Of a stretch of 64,000 nt of DNA, positions 10,232-19,119 are shown piece by piece. Below the pieces are notes generated by a model. That model made no database searches and was not told the origin of the DNA. It saw nothing but the letters and a program-made list of their open reading frames with translations. The position numbers and the translations under genes were made by a program. How positions within the stretch are numbered: the stretch's first letter is position 1; each line of letters starts with the position of its first letter. Source of the stretch: a virus; the IMG/VR virus record IMGVR_UViG_3300020477_001447, positions 36,744 to 100,743 of that record, one strand, 5' to 3'.

Positions 10232-10868
10232 CAATCTTTCTATTATTATTCGAAATAGAAATGAAGAAAACTGGATAGGTTATGCGATCCAGTCTTGTTT
10301 GGACACGTTTAATGATCCGGAGATCATAATTGTTGATAACAACTCAATTGATCAATCTATGGAAATCGTTAATGAATTCTGTTTTTCAAACATCAAAATA
10401 ATGCAAATTGATAATTATTCTCCGGGGCGGTCACTTAACATGGCAGTTCGCGCTGCATCGAATGATACAATCTTAGTTTTATCTGCACATAGCGTTATTA
10501 CAAGGCCCATTAATTTAGATCGAGTTAAATCGAACTTAAGACAGCATGCCGCTGTATTTGGAAAGCAGACGCCCGTATATAGGGGCCGTAAGATTACAAA
10601 ACGGTATGTGTGGTCCCACTTCACAGATGAATCTGTAGTCAACATGTGGTCTGATGCAGAGGAAAGACACTTTTTACACAATGCTTTTTGTTTTTATGAT
10701 AAAAGCGTTCTATTAGAGAATAAATTTGATGAGAGACTTTCTGGTAAAGAAGACCGCTATTGGGCTAACAAGGTTGTTTCTCGTGGTTTCACGTATTTGT
10801 ATGATGTTGAATTGCAGTGTGACCACCACTGGACCCCAGCCGGAAACACATGGAAGGGCTTAGGCTAG
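10224..10868 (+). CDS. GT2 glycosyltransferase
   Basis: Likely ATG at 10224. SIIIRNRNEE, IIVDNNSID, LSAH, FDERLSGKEDRYW. Confidence 0.85.
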   Translation: MADNLSIIIRNRNEENWIGYAIQSCLDTFNDPEIIIVDNNSIDQSMEIVNEFCFSNIKIMQIDNYSPGRSLNMAVRAASNDTILVLSAHSVITRPINLDRVKSNLRQHAAVFGKQTPVYRGRKITKRYVWSHFTDESVVNMWSDAEERHFLHNAFCFYDKSVLLENKFDERLSGKEDRYWANKVVSRGFTYLYDVELQCDHHWTPAGNTWKGLG

Positions 10869-11431
10869 TGAGAATAGTCGCTTTTATTCCAGCTAAAGGC
10901 AACTCGCGTAGGCTAAAGGGTAAAAACATATACCCTTTGAAGGAAAAACCTCTTATATGTTGGACTTTGGACGCAATAAAACAGTCAAAGTATCTAAATG
11001 AGACTTATATTTCAACAAATAGTGAGGAAATTGCTAATATTTCTTTACTTTATGGGTTTAATGTTATTCATCGACCGGATAGCCTAGCCTTAGAAAGTGT
11101 TGGAAAACAACAGGTTTTAGAACATGCATTGTCGGAAATAGAGAAGTCTGGAAAAGTAGACTATATTTGCATGTTACAGGCCAACTCTCCACAGATTGAA
11201 GCTTGTAAAATAGACGAAGCTATTGAAAAAGTAGCACATTCAAACGGAGAAGTTTGGGAATGCTTGTCAATTAACAAGGAAACTTTGTTCACTGATGGCG
11301 CTATAAGAGTTTTTAATACAGATTGTGTATCCCGCCTAGGGTTGGGAATGTACATAAGTGCAGTTCTTACAGATTATATTGATGTACACACAATCGAAGA
11401 TATTAACACCCTAGAAAAGATGGATTTCTAA
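10868..11431 (+). CDS. Second, shorter NeuA-type cytidylyltransferase
   Basis: GTG at 10868 overlaps the upstream TAG. FIPAKGNSRRLKGKNI...KPLI, ISTNS, LQANSP, IDVHTIED. Confidence 0.85.
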   Translation: MRIVAFIPAKGNSRRLKGKNIYPLKEKPLICWTLDAIKQSKYLNETYISTNSEEIANISLLYGFNVIHRPDSLALESVGKQQVLEHALSEIEKSGKVDYICMLQANSPQIEACKIDEAIEKVAHSNGEVWECLSINKETLFTDGAIRVFNTDCVSRLGLGMYISAVLTDYIDVHTIEDINTLEKMDF

Positions 11432-11434
11432 AGA

Positions 11435-12094
11435 ATGTATAAAGTAACAGTTGGCATATGTTGCTATCGACAAGATGATTGGGTGTATCGATGCCTTCGA
11501 AGTTTAGCATCCCAGACCTTGAGCAAAGACCATTTTGAGGTTGTTCTAGTCGATGACAACGAAGTGCCGAGTCAAAAATTACAAGATGTTTGTACAGCAA
11601 TGGGTGATGTACTTAATGTAAGGCTTATACAGAACAAGAAAAATATGGGCTTACCCACATCATTAAATAATATTTTAAAGACTGCTCGTGGCAAGTATTT
11701 TGTTAGAGTTGATTCAGATGACTATGTTTCTAGACACTTTCTATACATGCTATCAACCATGTTGGAAATGAACAGGAGCTATCAAGCGGTTTGCTGTGAT
11801 TATATGAAAGTAGATCATGTTGGCCAGAAGCTAGGGTATTATGATTCTTTTTCAGAACCAATTGCTTGTGGCGTTATGTTTAGTTATGAAGCTTTGTGTT
11901 CGTTAAATTTTTACAATGAAGAATACAAAATGCGCGAGGGCCATGAGCTATTGGAGAGGTTCCAAAAAAAATATTCTATGTATCACTTAAAAGCTCCGCT
12001 ATATCGGTATAGAATACATGAAGAAAACAGAACAAACAACGTTGATAAAGTAGCTTATTACGATTCAAAACTTAAGGGAGAACAAGATGGCTAG
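11435..12094 (+). CDS. GT2 glycosyltransferase
   Basis: EVVLVDD, NMGLPTSLN, RGKYFVRVDSDDY, LYRYRIH. Confidence 0.9.
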   Translation: MYKVTVGICCYRQDDWVYRCLRSLASQTLSKDHFEVVLVDDNEVPSQKLQDVCTAMGDVLNVRLIQNKKNMGLPTSLNNILKTARGKYFVRVDSDDYVSRHFLYMLSTMLEMNRSYQAVCCDYMKVDHVGQKLGYYDSFSEPIACGVMFSYEALCSLNFYNEEYKMREGHELLERFQKKYSMYHLKAPLYRYRIHEENRTNNVDKVAYYDSKLKGEQDG

Positions 12095-12962
12095 ATGTTT
12101 AGTGACCGGACACCGCGGTTATATTGGTACAAAATTGGTACAAGAGTTAGAGCGCCAAGGACACGAAGTCTTAGGTATTGATCTACAGGATGGTAAAGAT
12201 GTAATAGATGAGCTGCAAGAACACACGGATGGAAAGTTTCACCCACATTACACTAATTTTAAACCAGAGTATTTGTTTCATTTAGCTTGTATCCCTAGGG
12301 TTGCATATAGTGTAGAGCAGCCAGTGGAGACGATGCAAAACAACGTGATGGCAACAAGTGTTGCTTTAAACTTCGCGCGCAAGAATGGAGTAAAGAGGTT
12401 TATTTATTCTAGTTCATCTTCTGTTCGGGGCAACGGGAACGGCCCAGTCAGCCCATATGCATTACAGAAATACACATCAGAGCTAGAAGTGGGAATGTAT
12501 AGTGCTCTTTATGGCACGATGGACACTGTGTCTCTTCGATATTTTAATGTTTATTCTCACGATCAGGAAGCATCTGGCCCATATGCAACTGCAGTTGCGG
12601 CATACATGAAAGCTGTCCGTGATGGTACCACTCCTCATATTACTGGAGACGGAGAGCAGCGGAGAGATATGTCTCATGTCTTAGATGTTGTTTCTGCGAA
12701 CATATTTGCTATGAATTTCGATATGAATTTTTGTGGCCAATTTTTTGATGTAGGCACCGGAGACAATATCTCCTTGAATCAAATAAAAAATATTGTACAA
12801 AAGCATCATCCTCATGTAAAATTTGATTATGTCGAAGAACGCGCTGGAGATGTTCGCTTAACGAAGGCTGATATGACACCACTAGAAGAGCTAGGGTGGA
12901 CGCCCGACTGGAACATCTATGACGGTATTGAGGACTGTTTTGAGAGAACAAAAGTAGGATAA
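12087..12962 (+). CDS. NAD-dependent nucleotide-sugar epimerase/dehydratase (extended SDR)
   Basis: LVTGHRGYIG, HLA, YSSSSS, YALQK (YxxxK), LRYFNVY, GDGEQRRD. Confidence 0.92.
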   Translation: MARCLVTGHRGYIGTKLVQELERQGHEVLGIDLQDGKDVIDELQEHTDGKFHPHYTNFKPEYLFHLACIPRVAYSVEQPVETMQNNVMATSVALNFARKNGVKRFIYSSSSSVRGNGNGPVSPYALQKYTSELEVGMYSALYGTMDTVSLRYFNVYSHDQEASGPYATAVAAYMKAVRDGTTPHITGDGEQRRDMSHVLDVVSANIFAMNFDMNFCGQFFDVGTGDNISLNQIKNIVQKHHPHVKFDYVEERAGDVRLTKADMTPLEELGWTPDWNIYDGIEDCFERTKVG

Positions 12963-12963
12963 G

Positions 12964-13827
12964 ATGAAAGAAGAAATTGGTATAATAGGAAACGGATTTG
13001 TTGGCTCCGCAATTGCTGCCGGCTTTAGTTTGCATGCAGATGTGAAAGTTTACGATGTAGATCCAACGAGGTCAACGCACAATATGCGAGACACTATCAA
13101 TGAATCCAATGTCATCTTTGTTTCTGTTCCAACGCCTATGACGACTGCCTTGGGTGGCGAGATTGATACATCAATCATGGATGGCGTTTTCGAACAAATC
13201 TCTTTGTTAAATAAGCGAAAAGACAATATTTTTGTTGTAAAATCTACAGTTATTCCGGGTACTGTTGAACGATATATTGATAAGTATCCCGAGTTGAATA
13301 TTGTGTTCAGCCCAGAGTTTTTAACAGAACGCGCCGCCCGATTTGATTTTATTAACTCATCCAGGGTTATTTTAGGTGGAACAAAAGAACTAACTGAACG
13401 AGTTGAGATGGCAATGAGGACTCGGTTCCCATATGTTAGAATTATCCACACAGATGTTACAACCGCGCAGTTTATCAAATATATGGCGAACTGCTTTTTT
13501 GCTACAAAGGTATCCTTTATGAATGAAATGAGGCAAGGTGCTGACAAATTAAATGTTAATTGGCAAGATGCCATGCTTGGTTTTATTACAGATGGAAGAA
13601 TTGGAAACTCCCACATAGATGTCCCAGGCCATGACGGGAGTCTTGGCTTCGGAGGGAAATGCTTTCCAAAAGACTTGAATGCATTTATTGAAATGTTTCA
13701 CGAAAATGAAGTGGAGCCAACAGTTATGAAAGCTGTTTGGAACAAGAATTTAGAAGTTAGAGATGATTTGGACTGGACTAAGATTGAAGGTGCGGTCACT
13801 AAAAAAAAGAAAAGGAATTCAAAATGA
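12964..13827 (+). CDS. UDP-glucose/GDP-mannose dehydrogenase family, short form
   Basis: GIIGNGFVG, VSVPTP, VKSTVIPG, SPEFL, KYMAN, catalytic GFGGKCFPKD; lacks the C-terminal domain. Confidence 0.88.
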   Translation: MKEEIGIIGNGFVGSAIAAGFSLHADVKVYDVDPTRSTHNMRDTINESNVIFVSVPTPMTTALGGEIDTSIMDGVFEQISLLNKRKDNIFVVKSTVIPGTVERYIDKYPELNIVFSPEFLTERAARFDFINSSRVILGGTKELTERVEMAMRTRFPYVRIIHTDVTTAQFIKYMANCFFATKVSFMNEMRQGADKLNVNWQDAMLGFITDGRIGNSHIDVPGHDGSLGFGGKCFPKDLNAFIEMFHENEVEPTVMKAVWNKNLEVRDDLDWTKIEGAVTKKKKRNSK

Positions 13828-14048
13828 AATTAAGTAAGCAAGCGTTAGGCGCAATTATGATGACTTTACAAAAGTCTTTAATGGAGCAGAGTGACATTGT
13901 TCCGATGTTGGAGAATTTTAACTTGGCCACCGATGAGAATGATTCAACCTTGTTGCACGTTGTTAATCCTCCTGTTGTTAGTTTTGAGGGCGTTAAGATC
14001 GAAGAGACTTTCGATGCCGATGGCGACTCAGAAGACTCTGAGGAGTAA
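13824..14048 (+). CDS. Small hypothetical protein with acidic tail
   Basis: ATG overlaps the upstream stop, AGGA upstream, fills the gap exactly. Confidence 0.7.
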   Translation: MKLSKQALGAIMMTLQKSLMEQSDIVPMLENFNLATDENDSTLLHVVNPPVVSFEGVKIEETFDADGDSEDSEE

Positions 14049-14294
14049 ATGCCGAGATACACATATCAGTGTCGCTCCTGTGAGGGTGTATTGAATGTGT
14101 ATCATTCTATCAAAGAAACTTTGCACGATTGTACTTTGTGTCATATAACTGGTTCTTTAGGTAGGATGTTGAGTACACCTTTGCTCACAAAAAAAATAGG
14201 GTCAACTAAAGTTGGCGAGGTGACAGAGAACTTTATCGAAGATGCGAAAAAGGAATTATCTCTGCAAAAGAAAGCTTTAAAAAAGAAAAGATGA
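14049..14294 (+). CDS. FmdB-like zinc-ribbon protein
   Basis: MPRYTYQCRSC...CTLC; GAGGAG Shine-Dalgarno (SD). Confidence 0.8.
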   Translation: MPRYTYQCRSCEGVLNVYHSIKETLHDCTLCHITGSLGRMLSTPLLTKKIGSTKVGEVTENFIEDAKKELSLQKKALKKKR

Positions 14295-14623
14295 CAATTG
14301 CTCTAATATTGCTGAGTATATCAGTGTTACTAAATGTTGTTCTTGTTTGGTACTTGCTCAAGGTGCTAGCTAAACTACTATACACATCTGACAATCTTGG
14401 TGATCTATACATAGTGGCGGCTTCTTATTCTAAATTTGTTGAGGAACTCTATGGCATGGATATGTTTTATGGGGAACCGACAATACAAGAATTAGTTTTA
14501 AGATCTAAGGAGTTAGTTGCCGAAATACAAAACTTTGAATCTATTTATGAGCTTACAACAGATCTTGAAGATGGAATGGAACTAGATGACGAAAATAGTG
14601 AAGAAAAGACGGAAGAGGACTAA
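14291..14623 (+). CDS. Hypothetical membrane-anchored protein
   Basis: N-terminal hydrophobic helix, acidic C-terminus, coupled start/stop. Confidence 0.65.
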   Translation: MTIALILLSISVLLNVVLVWYLLKVLAKLLYTSDNLGDLYIVAASYSKFVEELYGMDMFYGEPTIQELVLRSKELVAEIQNFESIYELTTDLEDGMELDDENSEEKTEED

Positions 14624-15287
14624 GAATTTATATTTCACCAAAGAGCACGAACTGGCTATAATTGAATATACAAACACGAATTCTCGGGAGAAAAGAACAG
14701 AGTTATATATAAATTGGATCCAGCCGGCGTTCGATCAAATGGTGGATAAAATCATATATACTTATCGTTTTAGTAATTTACCAAACATTGATTATCTTAA
14801 GCAAGATTGCAAAGTTTGGCTAACAACAATATTAGACAAGTACGATCCCTCTAAGGGTTCGAAAGCTTTCTCTTATTTTTCTGTTGTTACTAAAAACTGG
14901 TTTATTCACAAGGTCAAGAAGAATGCTAGCAGAAGCAGGAAAGAAGTTTTCTTAGACGACCTGACAAACGATGCTATTATAGAGCAAATAACAGATGACT
15001 ATTCTTACATTAAGGAAAGACAGTCTAGAGAATTCTGGCTTCATTTTTACCATGAGATGAATTCTTGGACTAACGCAAACTTAAAACCCAATGAGAGAAA
15101 GGTCTTAGAAGCAATCAGAATTTTATTTGAAAGCTCTGAAGATATAGAGATTTTCAATAAAAAAGCTATTTACTTATACTTAAGAGAACTTACCGGCCTA
15201 AACACAAAGCAGGTTGTAAACATCTTAAATAAGTTAAGAATTAAATATAGGAATTTTAGAAACAAATGGGACTCAGGGGAAGTTTAG
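14586..15287 (+). CDS. Phage sigma factor, T4 gp55-like (putative late transcription)
   Basis: Region-2-like LDKYDPSKGSKAFSYFSVVTKNWFI; sits immediately upstream of the structural module. Confidence 0.75.
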   Translation: MTKIVKKRRKRTKNLYFTKEHELAIIEYTNTNSREKRTELYINWIQPAFDQMVDKIIYTYRFSNLPNIDYLKQDCKVWLTTILDKYDPSKGSKAFSYFSVVTKNWFIHKVKKNASRSRKEVFLDDLTNDAIIEQITDDYSYIKERQSREFWLHFYHEMNSWTNANLKPNERKVLEAIRILFESSEDIEIFNKKAIYLYLRELTGLNTKQVVNILNKLRIKYRNFRNKWDSGEV

Positions 15288-15571
15288 AAGATTATCTAGA
15301 AGAGGTTACAAGAAATGTTAGAGACGACAGAGCTTTAGCAAAAACTCTTTTAATTGATGCAATGCATGAGATGAAAAACTCTGATGCTGCCAAGAAGGAG
15401 TATGGACCCCTTGCTGCTAAATATATTGAAAATCTTCAACGATCAAACGAACAGTTAGTAAAATTATCGACAATTGTGCAAAGAGTCAGCAACACTAATG
15501 CTGGTTTATCTGCAGAAGATAAGTCTGATATATATGACATGATTAAGGATAAGAAAGATGAGCGCGATTGA
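15266..15571 (+). CDS. Hypothetical helical protein (weak resemblance to small terminase gp16-type architecture)
   Basis: 101-aa all-helical ORF overlapping both neighbours; function is inference only. Confidence 0.5.
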   Translation: MGLRGSLEDYLEEVTRNVRDDRALAKTLLIDAMHEMKNSDAAKKEYGPLAAKYIENLQRSNEQLVKLSTIVQRVSNTNAGLSAEDKSDIYDMIKDKKDERD

Positions 15572-16793
15572 GGATTTCATCGCGCGATGGCCAAAAACAC
15601 TAAATTATAATTCAGCATCTACACCTCTAGACACTAGAAGATCAAAGAGTTTAAAAGCATTAAGTGATGCGATAGAAGATCGGCATACTTTAAATACTAG
15701 AGAGGCCGTCGTAGAACACGAAGCACTGGTTTTAAAAGTAAAGCCATATTCTCCCCCTCCTGGCACAGCCCTAGATCCAGATATGGGCTTTTTTTCAACA
15801 ACCCCTCCAAACGTTGAGCTAAAATGTGTACTTCTAACAGATCCAGAATCTCAGGTCAGATCGACCCTCCCAAAAAACATCCCAGCGCCCCCGGGCACTA
15901 TGGACGATCTTATAATTGAAACATCTTTTCCTTCTTTTGTGGGAAGAGTTTTTCACGATCACCCCGTTGAGGTGGGTGACATTGTTATAGTACATAAGAC
16001 AGAAGCTACCGATGCCGAAGGGGTGTATATTAAAAAACTAGGCGTAAAGTGGCTTCCGACCGGAGGAGGGGCGTTTACAAGTCCAGAAGAAGTTCATAGA
16101 AATTTAACCTCTGGGCCTATAACTATGGGCAGCTATACTGGTGGGTTGAGCAGCTATAGCGGCGGAAAAAATACAGCACTAATTTTTGGAGACAGCCAAA
16201 TACAGGGCGCAATAGGCCGAAATTTTGAGAAGCTATTGCCGAAAAATGGCTGGACTTTAGTTGGTGGAAATCGACTAGGAAAGGTTGGCGCCAAACCTTC
16301 ATTTTGGGTAAAAGACGGAAATCAGAGCGCAGATTTAAAACAAAGATTACAGGCCCAGCCCGGGCTTATCGTAATTAACTTGGGCGGGAATGGCATCGCA
16401 GGTACAAAAAGCTTGTTAGATTTAATTAATGAAACAACCCCGGCCTCCAAGGTTATATGGCTAGGTCCACCCCCCGCGGTTAAACCAACTAGTGCCCCAT
16501 CTGATGTACAGTTGGTATATGCCACCCCAGCACCCCCCGGAACTGCAACTAGTGCCTCAAGATACAAAAGATATTATGTTAATTATAGAGAATACAGGGA
16601 AGGGTTAGCAAATAGGCTATTTGATACGGTAGCCAGCCACCCCGGCGCAAATCCAGTTATTACGATTAACGCAACTGCAGCGTTTGATTCGCTGGGGATG
16701 ACCTCTTCTCCAGATGGTGTACACGTTGTTGATCCATATGCTAGGCAATATGTGGAAAAATTGATTGAAATGCACAACATGAAGGTTGTTTAA
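15558..16793 (+). CDS. Putative baseplate protein: gp5-OB-like N-domain + SGNH/GDSL esterase
   Basis: SGNH blocks FGDSQ, GKVGA, INLGGN, DGVH. N-domain is paralogous to 16830-18131 (PGTALDPxMGFFS, FPSFxGRVF, EVGDIV). Confidence 0.75.
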   Translation: MSAIEDFIARWPKTLNYNSASTPLDTRRSKSLKALSDAIEDRHTLNTREAVVEHEALVLKVKPYSPPPGTALDPDMGFFSTTPPNVELKCVLLTDPESQVRSTLPKNIPAPPGTMDDLIIETSFPSFVGRVFHDHPVEVGDIVIVHKTEATDAEGVYIKKLGVKWLPTGGGAFTSPEEVHRNLTSGPITMGSYTGGLSSYSGGKNTALIFGDSQIQGAIGRNFEKLLPKNGWTLVGGNRLGKVGAKPSFWVKDGNQSADLKQRLQAQPGLIVINLGGNGIAGTKSLLDLINETTPASKVIWLGPPPAVKPTSAPSDVQLVYATPAPPGTATSASRYKRYYVNYREYREGLANRLFDTVASHPGANPVITINATAAFDSLGMTSSPDGVHVVDPYARQYVEKLIEMHNMKVV

Positions 16794-16807
16794 AATTTAA
16801 AATGTTT

Positions 16808-16814
16808 CTAATTA
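16808..16814 (+). promoter_or_regulatory. Putative late-promoter motif CTAATTA
   Basis: Intergenic copy of the recurrent CTA(A/T)TTA motif, 15 nt before ATG 16830. Confidence 0.5.
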
Positions 16815-16829
16815 TTTACGAGGTATACA

Positions 16830-18131
16830 ATGGCTGAACAAACACCTATAGAACTTTTTATTGCAAAATATAGAAAAAATATGTCGACAGCTATCGATCA
16901 ACCCGTTATCGATACTCGACGGCCTAGGACTCTTAAAAAAGCAAAGGACTTAATAGAATCTCAATCCACACTAGACATAACGGCAGGAATTCACGAGCAC
17001 GATGCTTGGGTGATGAGAGTGGATCCCTGGTCCCCGGACCCCGGAACAGCCCTAGACCCAAATATGGGTTTCTTTTCAATGCCAGGTACAAACTATACAG
17101 TTTATTGCGTAATCCTCTGTTGTCCATTGACAATTGGCCTACCCTTGCCGGGTACTGACCAACTGGGAGCACCAAGCAACACTTTAGGTGGTTTTCTGAT
17201 AGAGCAATTTCCAAGCTTTGATGGCCGAGTGTTTGATGGATCAGAAGGGCTTCCAGAGGTGGGTGACATTGTTAAAGTAACATACAATGGTGTAAACAAA
17301 ACAAGAGGTGTGTGTACCGGTCGCACTGGCCTTCGTTGGCTACCAATTGTGGGCGGAAGCTACACTCCAGCATTGTCTTCTTTTGGTTCTATGGCATTTC
17401 AGCCTGGAATGATGGGAAATGTAAGCTGTAATGAATCTGCCGGCACTGGAACAACTAATGTACCTAGGTTTTCCTATAGTGAGTTGAAAACAATGAGAGC
17501 ACCACTTCAACCTCTTTTAGAATATATCGCAGCCCATGAATCTAGAGGAAATTACAATGCAGTAAACAGAGGCGTTGGGGGAGACACTCCCGGTGGAGCA
17601 AAAGCTGTTGTTGGCAAAAACCTAACAGAAATGACAATTCAAGAGGTCTTGGACTTTATGAAAGGTGGCTCTAGAGCAGCCGAAACAGGACCCGGAGGGC
17701 AAGGTTCCGTTGGGTTCTTGGCTACAGGAAAGTATCAATTAATCCCTGTCACTCTTAACGCTGCAATCAATAGCACTGGTATATCTAAAAGCACACTGTA
17801 CAATGTAGAAACCCAAGAAACTCTAGGAGTTTATCTGCTATTAAAGAAGAGAAGAAAGCTTGGAAGCTATTTAATAGGTGCTAATAACGATTCCTGTGAG
17901 GCAGCCCAGGCAGCTGCTCTAGAGTGGGCATCTCTTCCTCTCCAGTATGGCAGATCAAATGGTTGCCAACGTGGGTACAGCGCATATTGCGTTGGGGGAG
18001 CAAACGCAACAGGAAGACTGAGTAGATCTCCAGAAGAGGTTATACAAAAATTACAATCTGCTCGCAGTGCTGTGACAACTAACCCTGTAGCATTGCAACT
18101 TATAACAAGTAAAGGCTCTGTGGTGGTTTAA
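16830..18131 (+). CDS. Putative baseplate protein: gp5-OB-like N-domain + lambda-R/GH104-type lytic transglycosylase
   Basis: LLEYIAAHESRGNYN (catalytic Glu), ATGKYQLI, QE..GVYLL, EWASLP; N-domain has LPEVGDIVKV. Confidence 0.8.
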   Translation: MAEQTPIELFIAKYRKNMSTAIDQPVIDTRRPRTLKKAKDLIESQSTLDITAGIHEHDAWVMRVDPWSPDPGTALDPNMGFFSMPGTNYTVYCVILCCPLTIGLPLPGTDQLGAPSNTLGGFLIEQFPSFDGRVFDGSEGLPEVGDIVKVTYNGVNKTRGVCTGRTGLRWLPIVGGSYTPALSSFGSMAFQPGMMGNVSCNESAGTGTTNVPRFSYSELKTMRAPLQPLLEYIAAHESRGNYNAVNRGVGGDTPGGAKAVVGKNLTEMTIQEVLDFMKGGSRAAETGPGGQGSVGFLATGKYQLIPVTLNAAINSTGISKSTLYNVETQETLGVYLLLKKRRKLGSYLIGANNDSCEAAQAAALEWASLPLQYGRSNGCQRGYSAYCVGGANATGRLSRSPEEVIQKLQSARSAVTTNPVALQLITSKGSVVV

Positions 18132-18132
18132 A

Positions 18133-19113
18133 ATGGGCGAAGAAAACAAATATACAATACCAAAATCTGTTCGCAAGGCCGTCGATCAAGCCGGCCTTCC
18201 TAAGCCTGAAAGAGATTTGCTGGAAAATCTAGATAATATGGTTTTAAAGCATATGCATTCTGGAATAGGTGGTGGCAGGCAAACAGAAGCTATACCTGAA
18301 TTTAATTCCTCTCCCTCTGAGCATATAATTTCTGCAAGGGATCTAGGTAGAAATGCCTCTATTGTTCTTGGATATGATAGGGAATCAACAAAAACAACAG
18401 GTTATGGTGGAAGAGGTCACACACATGCCGCCGCCATCGATATAGTTGTCGGTCGAATGGGCCCGTATGCAGTAGAAGCAGATAACAATGGTAACAAGGT
18501 GAAAGCCAATATTGGATTTAAAGTCGATTCTGCGCGCATATATATAAGTCAAAAAACTGATATTGATGAATATTTTGGAATCAACGAAGGTAAGGTCGGA
18601 AGTCCAAAAGGTAGATCTGCTATAGCTCTCAAAGCTGACAGTGTTCGTTTAGTCGCTCGAAAAGGAGTGAAAATAGTCACAGGGGTTGATACAAGAGAGT
18701 CAGCTGGTTTTAGGCAGCTAGCCACAGACGGCATTGATTTGATGGCTGGAAACCCAGAGGATGAAACCGCTTTGCAGCCTCTAGTTAAAGGCGATAACTT
18801 ACGACAAGCTCTTTCGGATCTTTCAGAGCAGATCGCCAAACTAAGAGGAGTTCTTTACGGATTTTTAAAATCACAAAGGGATTTTAATACAGACATACTT
18901 AACCACCAACACAATTCTCCATTTATGGGAATACCAACATCTCAGCCTTTTGTTTTAGCAGCTAAAGGTATCAGAACAATAATAGAACAGGTTGCAACGT
19001 CAGAAAAAGATATTAATGCACATGCTGCCACGCTTACAGCATGGGAACAAAATTATTTAAATCCACTAAAAACAGATACTTATATTAATAGCAACTACAA
19101 TAGGACAAACTAA
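18133..19113 (+). CDS. Putative central spike (gp5 C-terminal/gpV-like) protein
   Basis: Short beta-strand repeats (SIVLG, ARIYIS, IALKADSVRLVAR), PLVKGD, and an HxH motif (NHQHN); baseplate context. Confidence 0.55.
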   Translation: MGEENKYTIPKSVRKAVDQAGLPKPERDLLENLDNMVLKHMHSGIGGGRQTEAIPEFNSSPSEHIISARDLGRNASIVLGYDRESTKTTGYGGRGHTHAAAIDIVVGRMGPYAVEADNNGNKVKANIGFKVDSARIYISQKTDIDEYFGINEGKVGSPKGRSAIALKADSVRLVARKGVKIVTGVDTRESAGFRQLATDGIDLMAGNPEDETALQPLVKGDNLRQALSDLSEQIAKLRGVLYGFLKSQRDFNTDILNHQHNSPFMGIPTSQPFVLAAKGIRTIIEQVATSEKDINAHAATLTAWEQNYLNPLKTDTYINSNYNRTN

Positions 19114-19119
19114 TTTAAA

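Noticed and set aside
1-13827. Bacterial capsule/O-antigen locus (host chromosome or prophage flank)
   Set aside because: It runs with overlapping start/stop codons straight into phage sigma and baseplate genes, with similar composition and no transport or housekeeping genes.
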